Below are positions 1-11,806 of a DNA stretch of 64,000 nucleotides, piece by piece; within the stretch, counting starts at the first letter, position 1, and the number at the start of each line of letters is the position of its first letter. A model generated the notes under the pieces. That model had not been told where the DNA came from. It saw only the letters and a program-made list of their open reading frames with translations, and did no database searches. The stretch comes from Nageia nagi (lineage: Eukaryota; Plantae; Pinophyta). The DNA lies in contig JBITNC010000001.1 in the NCBI GenBank assembly GCA_050084985.1, positions 124,558,001 to 124,622,000 of the forward strand, written 5' to 3'. Made by a program: the position numbers and the translations under genes.

Positions 1-29
1 CAATTGTTGTTATAGAGTGTTGATTATTT

Positions 30-245
30 TATACCTCCATGGTAAGTTTGCTCTGCGTGACAAACTTGTTGTACATTTTATACCTTCGTGGTAAGTTTGC
101 TCTGCATGAGAAACTTGTTGTACAATTTTTTGAGCATATAATTGATATACCTCCATGGTAAGTTTGCTCTGCGTGAGGAACTTCTTGTACATTCTATACC
201 TCCATGGTAAGTTTACTCTGCATGAGAAACTTGTTGTACAATTTT
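30..245 (+). repeat. Array of ~49-nt hairpin repeats (4 units visible) in Copia 3' UTR
   Basis: Unit TATACCTCCRTGGTAAGTTTGCTCTGCGTGACAAACTTGTTGTACA starts at ~30, 79, 146 and 195. Confidence 0.9.
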
Positions 246-716
246 TTATGCTCTATTAAAAATCAACACATGACTATATACAATAGGTGACTATGAGTGA
301 TGGCTTGGCATCTCCGTGATGACTTATAGTGCACCATTGATCAGTTATTTATAAGATGACATTATTTGATTCTCTTATTTGAATATATGATGCATCTAAC
401 TGATTTTGTTCATGAGTTGCTTGTAGTATGCAGGATCTTCTTCAAAAATGCAGGTTACTCACCTTGTGTAAGCAAGCTCATGGAGACTCACATGTCAGCT
501 TAAAGTTGATCGACTACTATGTATAGTGAAACCAGTTGTGGTTAATGATTGTATTGTAAACCATTTTTGTCAAATGGTAATGTAGTGAGTCTCAAACTAG
601 TTCTCAAAAAGATTCTCAAATATGTAAATGTTCTCATCTCCACTTGTATCTCTATGGAGGAGAACTCTCTCTCTTCTCTCTTCTACGCTCTATCCCAATA
701 TTGCATTAAGGGGGAG

Positions 717-1194
717 TGTTAGAATTTGTAATGAAATATTGTGAATATCTAAACTGCTTGTAAATTCAATTAATCACTTAAAGGATATGTAGATACCTTA
801 AGGGATTAATTGAATTCTTTATTATGTAGACTTTGACTTTACCAAGTGGTTAGTTGGTAGGTTAAAGTTAGGTGATACATTTATTGTAACCCTAACCTTA
901 CCCTTGGGTTAAAGGGAGGTTAGGGAGGTGCTCTCAAGCTATAAATAGAGGGCCTCTCCTCTTGTAACATAACTAAGTTTTTCGAGTAAGATTACTCTAC
1001 TAGTTGTGTAGGAGAGGAAGAGAATTGTTGTAAGAGGGGCATACTTGAGAATTGAGATACTAGTTGTGGATGTACTCCCAAGGAGGGAGGAACCACATTA
1101 CACTTGTGTTATCTTGTGTGAATGGTGTTATCTTGTGTATGATTGAGTTTCCTAGTCTTGGTCCTTGAGGATTAGTTTAGGTATAAATCCTTCA
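717..1194 (+). repeat. 3' LTR (478 bp) of Copia family A
   Basis: TG...CA termini, TATAAATA at 940-947, homologous to the LTRs at 16426-16914 and 24597-25085. Confidence 0.9.
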
Positions 1195-1641
1195 CTATGG
1201 CCATCAAATCACTCTCAATGAGGACTGTGAGAATGATGAGACTTGAAGCTTAAATTTTCCTCTACTCCTTGAACTAGAGGAGGAGCAAAGACAATAGATG
1301 AAAATGAATGCCCCAATAAAATAGAAGAACCAAAGGGTTTATACATCATATGAAATTGAATAACCACCTTTGATTGATGGACAACCAAGGGATGTTGAGA
1401 AACAACTATATTTGCTAAAGCTATAAGGGCCATAGGGGTTGGTTGTTCTTCCAACAAAATAGGTTAGTGGGGAACAACATTTGGTTCTTGAACTCTTTGT
1501 GAATGGTTATGATAGTTGAGAACCACTTGCCACTCTTCATTTCCACCCTTGATAGAAGCAATCGAAGCTACAAATGTTGGGCATGCAGAAGAGTTCCATT
1601 CTTTAAATCACACCATAAGTTGGCAATCTCAAATGTTATGA
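1195..1641 (-). mobile_element. LINE (L1-like) ORF1 remnant, distal part
   Basis: Continues the ORF1 zinc knuckle across the TATGA TSD (CYRYQSSSH|NI*DC), followed by a low-complexity P/S-rich tail. Confidence 0.65.
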
Positions 1642-2210
1642 TGATGTACCTTCAAATGATCATAACTTTTGATCTAACTGTTGAATCATCTTAAAATTTT
1701 AAGGAGAGTTAGATATCAGTTTTCATGATTCAGTTGCCACCTCCTCTAGGAGGGATGCCCCCAAATGGAAACTTTTTCAATCAGCCTAAATCCATCATTT
1801 AGTGCCTCAAAATTAGCTTTTAGTGTCAATTTTTAGGATTTTCCAATAAGTAGACTTTAATATCTTTTATTTTAGAATTTGTTTAGGGGAATAAATTGGG
1901 AAATGACTTAGTCTATGCTAACTAGGCTTATATGCCAAGTTTGGTTGTAATCCAAGGAACTTTCTATTTTTAGAAACTTTCTATCTTTCTATCTTTAGAA
2001 AGTTTCTATTTTTAGTAATGTCCTAGTTTTTAGACTGTTCGTTATTTTTGAGGGAGAGTCTCCTTCTTTCTATATTAGCTATTATAATAGACCTGAAAAA
2101 GGTATTGTGAATTTGGAAATGAGAAGATTATTTACAGGTTTCCTTCTATCTTAATACATTTATGTTATTGGAACCTATTTTGTTGGTCTCTTGCAGCTAA
2201 ATTCACATCA
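1642..2210 (+). repeat. 5' LTR of CRM-like element
   Basis: Direct repeat of 6852-7415, followed by a tRNA-iMet PBS. Confidence 0.9.
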
Positions 2211-2251
2211 TCTGGTATCAAAGTGGGTGTGATCTCACTAGTGGAGGGAAG

Positions 2252-5200
2252 ATGCCACCTAGAAGACAAGCTAGGGGTGTAGGGAGGGGTGTAGCAGGTG
2301 CCTATGCCCACATGAATAGGTAGATAGAGGATCTGCATGCAAAAATAGCATGGTTAACTAGTGCAATTAATCATATGGGGGAGAGGATACCCCATGCTCG
2401 CTCGAATCTTGTATCTGACAGTGAGAGCATGTTTGGGGAAGATGTACCTGATGTTGAGGTGGAGGGAGAACCCCTACATTAAGAAGAAGTAAGATAATGC
2501 TTCAAGAATAGGCTAATCCAATCCTTAGAAGGGATAAAAGGAAATCAAGATGGGATTAAGATCGAGGTTTCTGAGTATGCTAGTGGGTTGAAACTAGAGG
2601 AATTGATCAATTGGGTAAATAGCATGGAGAAATACTTTGAATGGGGTAATATAGCTAAGGATAAGAAGGTGAAGCTTGCATGCGTAAAGTTAAAGGGGCA
2701 TGCATTAATTTGGTGGGATCATTTGCAGGCTTCATGATAAAGAAAGGGAAAAGAGTAGATCAAGGCTTAGGCCAAGATGAAGAAGTTACAAGAGAGATTT
2801 ATTCCTGTAGATTATTCTTAGACCTTATTTCATAAATTGTAGAATATTTGATAGAGAGAACATAGTGTTGAAGATTACACTAACGAGTTCTACAAATTAT
2901 CCATTCAAATGGAGCATAATGAGATGGATGAGCAGAGAGCTGCAAGGTATGTGAATGGCCTAAGTTTTTCTATTTAGGATGAAATAAGTATACACCATAC
3001 TCTTACTGTAGAAGATTCATACCAAATGGCTTTGAGAGCCAAGGAGAAGCTTAAGAGGGATAACAAAGGGGGAAAGAAAGGATCAACACCCTCTTCAAAT
3101 TAAGGGCATGGTGGATCTAATTTCTCCAAAGGAGAATCATCAACATTTTTCAAAAAGGAGGATCAAGTGGGAAAAGGCCAAGATACTTCCCAAAGAGGAA
3201 GAAGGTATCCAAGAGGAAGAGGGAATGGTGGAGGAAGGATAGAGACTAGACCATGGAAGCCATTCATATATTATAGATGTGGAGAGGAAGGTCATAAAGC
3301 ATTCAATTGCCCTTAGTATGATGCAAAAGAAAGGGGACAAGCAAGGGTTGCCCTAGTTGAAGAAGAGGAAGAGAATGAGATAGAAGTCACTGTAGATATG
3401 GGTGAGATCCTCATGATATGGAGAACCCTCATTATTCCAGAAAAGGTAAGCATGCAAGAAGAAGATGATGGAGATTCATGGTTGTGTAATAATATTTTTC
3501 ACACAAGATGCACCTTAGGAGGAAAGGTATGTAACATGGTCATTAATGGGGGTAGTTATGAAAATTTGATCTCTAATATCATGTTTGATAAATTAAATCT
3601 GAAATGTGAAAAATATCCAAACCCCTATCATGTTTCATGGATTAAGAAAAAAAATACAGTAACCATTGATAAGAGGTGTTTGGTCAACTTCTCAATTGGG
3701 AAATTTACAAGGATGAAGTGTGGTGTGATGTGATCCTGATGGATGCATGTCAAATTATGTTGGGAAGACCTTAGCAATATGATAAGGATTTTGATCATAA
3801 TTGTAGAAAGAATACTCAAACATTTTGGAAGGATGGTGTGAAGGTGGTCTTGTGCCTTTAAAAGAGGATGGAATGAGTGAGAGCTTGTTAGCAACAAAGG
3901 AGTTTATCACAACAATTAAGGAAGTTAGCTTCTATTATGCCTTAACAACTAGGAAGCTAGAAATAGAGGAAGTAGTTATACCTATAGTAGCATCTCAGTT
4001 GCTAAAAGAATATGAAGATGTCACACCAGAGGAGTTGCCAAATGGGTTGCCACCAAAGAGGGGTATCTAATATCACATGGATTTGATCGTAGGATCAATA
4101 CTTCCAAATCAGGTAGCTTATCAATTGAACCTAGCATAGAATGCAGAGTTGAGTAGGCAAGTGATAGATTTGATAAAGAAGGGCTTAGTTAGGGAGAGTA
4201 TGAGTCCATGTGCAACTCTAGCGTTGCTAACCCCAAAGAAAGATGGTTCATGGAGGATGTGTGTGGATAGTAGAGCCATAAATAAGATCACAATAAAGTA
4301 TCGATACCCTACGCTAAGAGTGGATGATAGGATGGATAGATTGGTTGGAGCAAAATACTTCAGTAAAATTGATCTGTAGGGTGGTTACTACCAGATTAGA
4401 ATTTGAGAAGGTGATGAATGGAAGACAACTTTGAAGACAAAAGATGGGTTGTATGAGTGGGCAGTGATGCCATCTAGGTTATCTAATGCGCCTAGTACAT
4501 TTATGCGATTGATGAATAGAGTATTGTAGGAATATAATGGTTAGTTTGTAGTTGTGTATTTTGATGATATCTTGATTTATAGTAAAAGTGAAGAAGAGCA
4601 TTTGCTACATCCAAAATTGGTGTTAGATGTGCTCATGAAGGAGAAACTATATTTTAATTTAAAGAAATGTAGATTTCTTTAGGATAGTTTAGTGTTTTTG
4701 GGATTTGTAATCTCTAGATATGGCATGAGGATGGATGATGAAAAAGTGAAGGCAATTTTGGAGTGGCCTATTCCATGAACTATAACATAAGTAAGGAGCT
4801 TTCATGGCTTAGCTAACTTTTACAAAAAGTTCATCAAGAACTTTAGTAGTATAGCTACCCCTATAACTAAGTGCACAAAAGGGAAGGATTTTGTATGGAC
4901 TAAGGTAGCAATTGAGAGTTTTGAAATATTGAAAAAGAAGGTGTCAGAATCCCCTATTCTGGTGTTACCAGATTTCAGTAAGATATTTGAGGTTGATTAC
5001 GATGCCTTATTTATTGGGATTGGTGGTGTATTGAGTTAGGAGGGTCGACCAATAGCATTTTTTAATGAGAAGCTAAATGATGCAAGGAAGAATTACTCTA
5101 CATATGATGTGGAGTTTTATATAATTGTGCAAGCATTGCACCATTGGAGGCACTACTTAATCTCAAAGGAGTTTGTGTTATTTACTTATCATGAAGCATT

Positions 5201-6850
5201 AAGGTATGTAAACTCTCAAAAAAAGTTAAACAGTAGACATGCCAAATGGGTTTCATTTCTACAACAATATACATTTATCCTGCAACAAAAATCTGGTAAG
5301 CAAAATAAGGTTGCTGATGCATTAAGTAAGAGAGTCTTGTTGCTAAACACTTTGGAGAATGTAGTGGTGGGATTTGAGGGAATAAAAATTATGTATGAAC
5401 TTGATGCTAATTTTGAGAATATTGTGAGACATTGTATGAGTGCAGCAGAAGGTGAGTCCCATCCAATTTTTGAAGAATATTTTTTTTAGAATGATTACTT
5501 ATTTAAGGGTACTCGATTATGTATTCCCAATGGCTCTATGAGAAAGAACATCTTGCAAGAATTACATAGGGGGGGTCTAGCCGATCATTTTGGAGTAGCC
5601 AAAACTATGACTCTTGTAGAGGAGAAGTATTATTGGCCAAAGATGAAAAGAGACATAATTAGGTTTATCTCTTGATGTAGAGTGTACCAAATGGCTAAAG
5701 GCCATGCACAAAATACAGGGTTGTATATGCCACTACTAGTTCCTACAGGACCATGGATCAATTTGAGTATGGATTTTGTGTTAGGACTGCCAAAGACAAA
5801 ATAAGGTAAGGATTGAATTTTTGTTTTGGCAGATAGATTTTCTAAAATGGCCCATTTTATTGCTTGCCAAAAAACTAATGATGCCACTAAGATTGTAGTC
5901 TTGTTCATTGATGAGGTTGTGCGACTGCATGGTGTCCCAAAGATTATTACTTCTGATCGATATACTAAGTTCTTGGGTCATGTTTGGAGGACATTATGGA
6001 AGAAGTTAAATACTAGGAAATATTTCAATAGTGCTTACCATCCATAAACTAATGGGCAAAAAAAGGTAGTGAATAGAAGCTTGGGAAACCTCTTATGGTG
6101 CATAGTTGGGGAAAGGCCAAAATAATGGGATTTCACCTTATCACAAGCTGAATTTGCATATAATAGCTCAGTGAATAGGTAAATTTCCTTTTCCAATTAT
6201 TTATGGTAAAAATTCTAGAGGTGTATTAGATCTAGTTGAGTTACCAATGGGGGACCAAGTTAGTGACAATGTAGAAGCATTTGCTGAGCATATCCAAAAA
6301 ATGCAAGAATCAATGAAAGAAAAACTACATAATAGCAATGCTCACTACAAAGAGGTTGTTGATGCACATAGAAAAATCAAAGTGTTTGAAGAGGGTGATA
6401 TGGTGATAGTTCATCTCAAAAAAGAATGATTTCCTAAAGGGTAGTATAACAAATTGAAATTTAAGAAAATTGGACCCTACAAGATTTTGAAGATCAATGA
6501 CAATGCCTATAAAGTGGAGTTACATGATGAATTTGCTATTTCACCTATTTTTAATGTTTCTAATTTATTTTAGTATTAGGGTACTATTAAGGATGGTGAT
6601 CTACAGGATTTAGTAAATTGGGTACCATAGATGCCTAAGAAGAAGGATAGAGTTGCATAAATACTTCATAAGAAGGTGATCACCACTAGACATGGGAGCT
6701 ACAACAGATACCTAGTTCAGTGGGAAGGATTACACCAATTTGATAACACTTGGGTTTTAGAGTTAGAGATAAAAAAAATTGACAACCAAAAGCTACAAGA
6801 TTGCATTTCAGTTGAACTCGTAGGAGCTAAGTTCCTTTTACCAAAGGAGA
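2252..6850 (+). pseudogene. gag-pol polyprotein pseudogene (gag, zinc knuckle, protease, RT, RNase H, integrase, chromodomain)
   Basis: [34 protein letters not shown] (~4557-4568), HHWRHYL...[40 protein letters not shown]...NTW. Many stops and frameshifts. Confidence 0.9.
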
Positions 6851-6851
6851 A

Positions 6852-7415
6852 TAATGTACCTTCAAATGATCATAACTTTTGATCTGTCTATCGAATCATC
6901 TTAAAATTTTAAGGAGAGCTAGATATATTATTCAACTACCACCTCCTTTAGGAGGGATGCCCCCAAATGAATTTTTTTTTTATCAACCTAAATCCATCAT
7001 TTAGTGCCTCAAAATTAGCTTTTAGTATCAATTTTTAGGATTTTCTAATAAGTAGAATTTAATATCTTTTGTTGTAGAATTTGTTTAGGAGAATAAATTG
7101 GGAAATAGCTTAGTCTATGCTGATTGGGCTTATATGCCAAGTTTGGTTGTAATCCAAGGAACTTTCTATTTTTAGAAACTTTCTATCTTTCTATCTTTAG
7201 AAAGTTTCTATTTTTAGTAATGTCCTAGTTTTTAGACTATTCGTTATTTTTGATAGAGAGTCTCCTTCTTTCTATATTAGCTATTTTAATAGACCTAAAA
7301 AAGGTATTATGAATTGGGGAATGAGAAGAGGATTATTTATAGGTTTTCTTCTATCTTAATACATTTATGTTATTAGAACCCATTTTATTAGTCTCTTGCA
7401 GTTGAATTCACATCA
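6852..7415 (+). repeat. 3' LTR of CRM-like element
   Basis: Direct repeat of 1642-2210 with scattered substitutions and indels. Confidence 0.9.
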
Positions 7416-8210
7416 TATGAGAAGAGGATTGATAACGATAGCAAGTGTTCAAGAGGTTGATGTAGAACACCCTTTGACAAATAATCAACTCTCTAATATG
7501 AACATCAATAAACTCTTGAAGATCCTTGGTGAGGTCAACCTTAATACAAACTCTCTGAGAGGGCCAAGTGGAGAAGAACCTCTCTAGTTCAAAGCAAACA
7601 AAGGACCCTAAGGTTTTAGCTAGGGTATGTAGATACTTCCAACATAGAATTGGTAAAATAGGAAACTTAACCCACACTGAGACTTCGGTAGCAACATCAC
7701 TATCAACTGTAATGTATCTATGGTAACTTTGCAAGATTAGTAGAGAATTTCAAACCATCCAAGGTCCTTTGTTAAGCACTTTATGTGCATGCATAGGGTT
7801 AGAAAAATGAAATAGAAAATAACCCTTAGTGAGATTCTAGACATTTTCTACTTTAATACCATAAGGGCTCTAAACTTAGCTAACATAAGAACATAATAGA
7901 GAATCATTGGTGATTTTACCTAGAAAAGATCCCACCAAGGTATGCATTTCAAACCATTGACAAGTAGAACTAAACTCTTCGATAGGAATAAAAGCTTGAG
8001 GAATAGAACCTTTACCTCATGTTCCACCTCTAATAGAAACTTGCGAGTACATTTCCCTAGTGCCATTGCTCATTGCAGTTGCTTCACCATCAAGTGAAGA
8101 GTTGGCAAGAGTGGTAGCCATATTAAAAGGGTAGGGGAACCACCCAAGCTAGGTGTTAATGCAATGTCAAATCAAAATAATATCTCATAAAATCTCTAGA
8201 GAGAGAAAGT
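7416..8210 (-). mobile_element. LINE (L1-like) 5' end and ORF1 (DUF4283/zf-CCHC_4 type) remnant
   Basis: VWVKFPILP...LAKTLG...RVCIKVDLTKDL...FYINLLNTCYR motif series typical of plant L1 ORF1, with ATG at 8121. Confidence 0.8.
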
Positions 8211-11200
8211 GATGTGATAGAAAACACCTAAAACCCTAGACTCAAACACATGTAGATGGTTTGGCTCTTAGTTGTAAATTAATTATTAGGTTTTATGTGC
8301 GATAGATATGATAAATTTGTTTAAATTTAATATTAATATTTTGTAAAAATATATTACAAATACAAATAATTGATTAATTAAAAATGATCATATATGTTGT
8401 ATCGTATAAAAGAGAGAGTTAAAGTCAACATTTAACATCTTGTAAACCTATTGATTTATAGAACTTATCAAGAGTTTTTTTTTTTTTTTTTAATTTTCAA
8501 TATGACCAATGTAGGAGATGAGAGTGGAATTAGGGACCTTCCATGTGAGTGTATTTTCACCTCACTTGTCTCCAAACTCCCCTTACAAGAGGTGATAATA
8601 AATACAACATTTAACTTTCTTTAAACTTATTGATTTGTAGGACCTATCAAGAGTTTTTAAAGATCACCAATGTAGGGGGTGTGTTTGTACCTACATAACA
8701 CACCCCACGATGCAACATTTTGGGGATCCAATTTTTGCAAATCTAGCAATCTAGGATGGACAAGGTTCATAAGTGAGACGGTCCAAACAACTTAAGAGAT
8801 AGTTATATGACATTATTAAGGAATGTTATCATGGCTAATATGAAGCAGTTTATTCAATGCATGATCACTTGAGTATTCTGGGCTTCCAGGGATCAAACAA
8901 GTGTTTGTCCAGAGTGATACAAACTAGTGACCAAGTAGATGCTTCCAGTTTTGGATAGACAATATAGATTCTTGATAAAAGAGAGTTTGATGATACAAGG
9001 TGATGAAGAATTCAGTTTTAGGAACATTTGAACTTTAAACTTTTCAATTCCAACTAAAGAAGCTCCTTAGGGGACAAAATAGAGACATGGAAGTGATGCT
9101 TCCAAGAAGTGTGGAGTTGAGCATAGACATAGAAAAATGAGTTTTTTCCAAACAAGTTGGAATGAAAATATAAGAGAAAGATGTGATGGAAAATGATAAA
9201 ATAAGCACTTTTGCTCTTGCAAATTTTGAAAAATGAACAAAATTGCCCTCTAAATTCCTAGGGGGGATTTTCCATGTTTTTGAATTTTGCCTAAACATTC
9301 CAAAAGAGGGGAAACATACACCTACCTTTTAAGAGGCCTAAATTGATCTAAAATCAAAATTTTTGAGTTTGGCAGCATGGAGAATGTAATTCTATATCAA
9401 ATTGATATTTCAAGTTTGCAATTTGGACAAGATTTGGTCCCTCAAAAGAGAAAAAAATAGAAAAATGAGAAAAGGGGAGTTAAGGGTAATCAATAGGAAT
9501 ACTTGGAATTTTCACAAAATTTTAAAAATGCCAAATCAAAAATCTTAAAGAAAGGTGTGATGCCAAATGAAAAATTAGGCATATTTTCTCTTGGAAATGT
9601 TAAAAAAACTCAAGATTTACCCTTCAAAATCCTATGGGGGTATTTACTAAGTTTTGGAACTCTTCAAACTTTGCTCAAACATTCCAAAACTCCCAAAACT
9701 TGCACCTTGCAATATGGGGGGCTAAAATTTATTAAAAGTGAAATTTGTCATCTTCATTGGGCAAAGAATGTGATTCCATTCAAAATTGATATTTTGAGTT
9801 TTTCAATAAAATGAAGTCTAATCCTTCAAAATCATGGAAAAGTGGACAACCAATGAGAGAGCTTGAAAATTTTCCAGATTTTCAAGAATTTGTAAAATCA
9901 AAATTGGAGAAAGAGGTAAGGAAAAATCCTAAATTGATCAACTTTGTTCTTGAAACTATTGAAAATGACTAAATTTCCCCCCAACCCAAATCATAGGTGC
10001 TGATTTTCCAAGTTCTTAAACTTTTGAAATTTTTGAAAACTTACCTATGTTCCCTAAAACCTGCGCCAGCCATGGAGACCCCCAAATTTGTTCTAAAATT
10101 AAAATTTTGATCACAAGTATATGGGAAATCTATTTTTTCACAAGTTTGATGTTATAATATTTTGAAAAAAATTGGATGTACTTGTCCAAAATCATGAAAA
10201 AGTGGGCAACTAATGAGAGAGCTTGAAATTTTCCCAAAATTTCAAAATTTGTAAAATCAAAAGAGGAGAGATAGGTAGGGTGGAAAATGGAAAATTGAGT
10301 GCCTTTGCTCTTGAAATTGTTGAAAATGAGAAAAAATTCCCCTCTAATTCCTAGGTGTTGGTCCTCAAAACTTATCCATGTTTTGAAACTTTGAGAAAGC
10401 TCCCTATGCCTTGTAAAACCTATGCCAAGCCTTTTTGGTCCCCCAAAACTTGCTAAAATTGTAAATTATGGTCTTCATGAGCTAGGTGTATGATTATACA
10501 CCATTTTAGTCTTTCAAGTGTGCAATTTTAATAAGAAAAACTCCTCTAAACAATGGAATTATCCTTCAAAATGATTGAAAAGCTAAAAAAAGATCAAATA
10601 TTTGGATATTTTCTTCAAAAAATTCAAAATTTAGAATCCAAATGTGAAACATGGATGTTAAGGAGCATGCAAAAGCCTCCAACTTTTCCTCTTAGAGCAT
10701 GCAAATTGACCCAAACCCTCCTCCTATTCCTAGGTGCAGGTTTGGCTTGTTTTGAATACTTTGAGCCTTTTTCCAATGTTGGGTATGAGGAGGAAACATA
10801 AAAAATGCAAAAATATGCCTTTTAGGGTTAATGTGATGTTGACATGTGTCATTTTTAATCCCAAAATCTATAAATACACCCTCACCCCTCCATATTCCTC
10901 ACAATTATCATTTGCACCCACCTATTACCAAATTTTTGAAGAATTGGAGAGTTAAATAAAGAGGAAAATCCAACTTTCAGCCTTGGAGTAAGATTTGGAG
11001 GCTTGAGACCATAGCCAAACACCTTTTTCATCACCAAACTCCAAGATCCTAAGGTATTCTAACACTAGTATCCATTTTTTTTCAAGATTTTTAAGGATTT
11101 ATGCTCAAAAACCACATTTTCCAAGATCCTAGACCCTTGAATTTTTTTTTCCCATATTTCTAATTGGATTACATATTTGGATACCCATTACCCTTATGAT

Positions 11201-11806
11201 CATTTTTAATTTCAGCCAAAAAAAACATAAAAAATTCCAAGATCCAAGATTTGAGTGCCTAAACTCCAAAATTTTCGAATTTTTTTTTTTTAAAAATCCA
11301 TGAAATTTTTAAATTTCTCTAAAAAGTGTTTTTCAAGATGGAATTGGTTGTTTTAAAATACAAAACACCTTCTTTATTCATTCCCCATCTACTCAAGGTG
11401 TTAGAAACCAATTTCGATATCATTTGACCATTTTTCATAATTTTCCCTCTCTTTCCTTGGCAAAATTATGATAAGTTTGTAATTTTTCCATCAAGCTCTA
11501 TTTTTAAGCTAAAATCTCATAAAGTCTTATGAAAATCCCAAATTAGCCTAAAGCCTTCTCAAGGCACTTCCCCCTTAGAGTTAGTTACCTTGGTATCATT
11601 CTAGTTTCACTCATAACTTTGCAATTTTGCCTCATTTTCAATGATGGCACACTTAGGAAAAATTCCAAAAAAATTTAAAATTCCTCTTTTTGCCTAGAAA
11701 GTTCCAAATAGTTTCTAGGACTCTCCTAGCACTATGTTGTTCACTTAACATGGATAAAATAATGTTAGTTGCACAATATATTAAAGCCCAAAAGTAAAGA
11801 AGGCTT

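Larger units (their letters stand above)
1..1194 (+). mobile_element. Ty1/Copia LTR retrotransposon family A, 3' end (3' non-coding region, PPT, 3' LTR); continues left of window
   Basis: Reverse-complement match to 16426-17640. PPT TTAAGGGGGAG at 706-716 directly precedes LTR TGTTAG...CCTTCA. Confidence 0.92.
1642..7415 (+). mobile_element. Ty3/Gypsy chromovirus, CRM-like, full-length but decayed
   Basis: LTRs 1642-2210 and 6852-7415 with TGATG/CATCA-type ends, TSD TATGA (1637-1641, 7416-7420), PBS TGGTATCAAAG at 2213, PPT at ~6843-6851, gag-PR-RT-RH-INT-chromodomain order. Confidence 0.93.

Noticed and set aside
483-593. tRNA-like cloverleaf as a tRNA gene
   Set aside because: No T-loop/D-loop consensus, and wrong size and arm count; kept only as a structured-RNA candidate.
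9044-10955. K/F/N-rich short ORFs
   Set aside because: AT-rich TE non-coding sequence containing a diverged internal duplication (~9750-9990 vs ~10110-10350); no coding signal.
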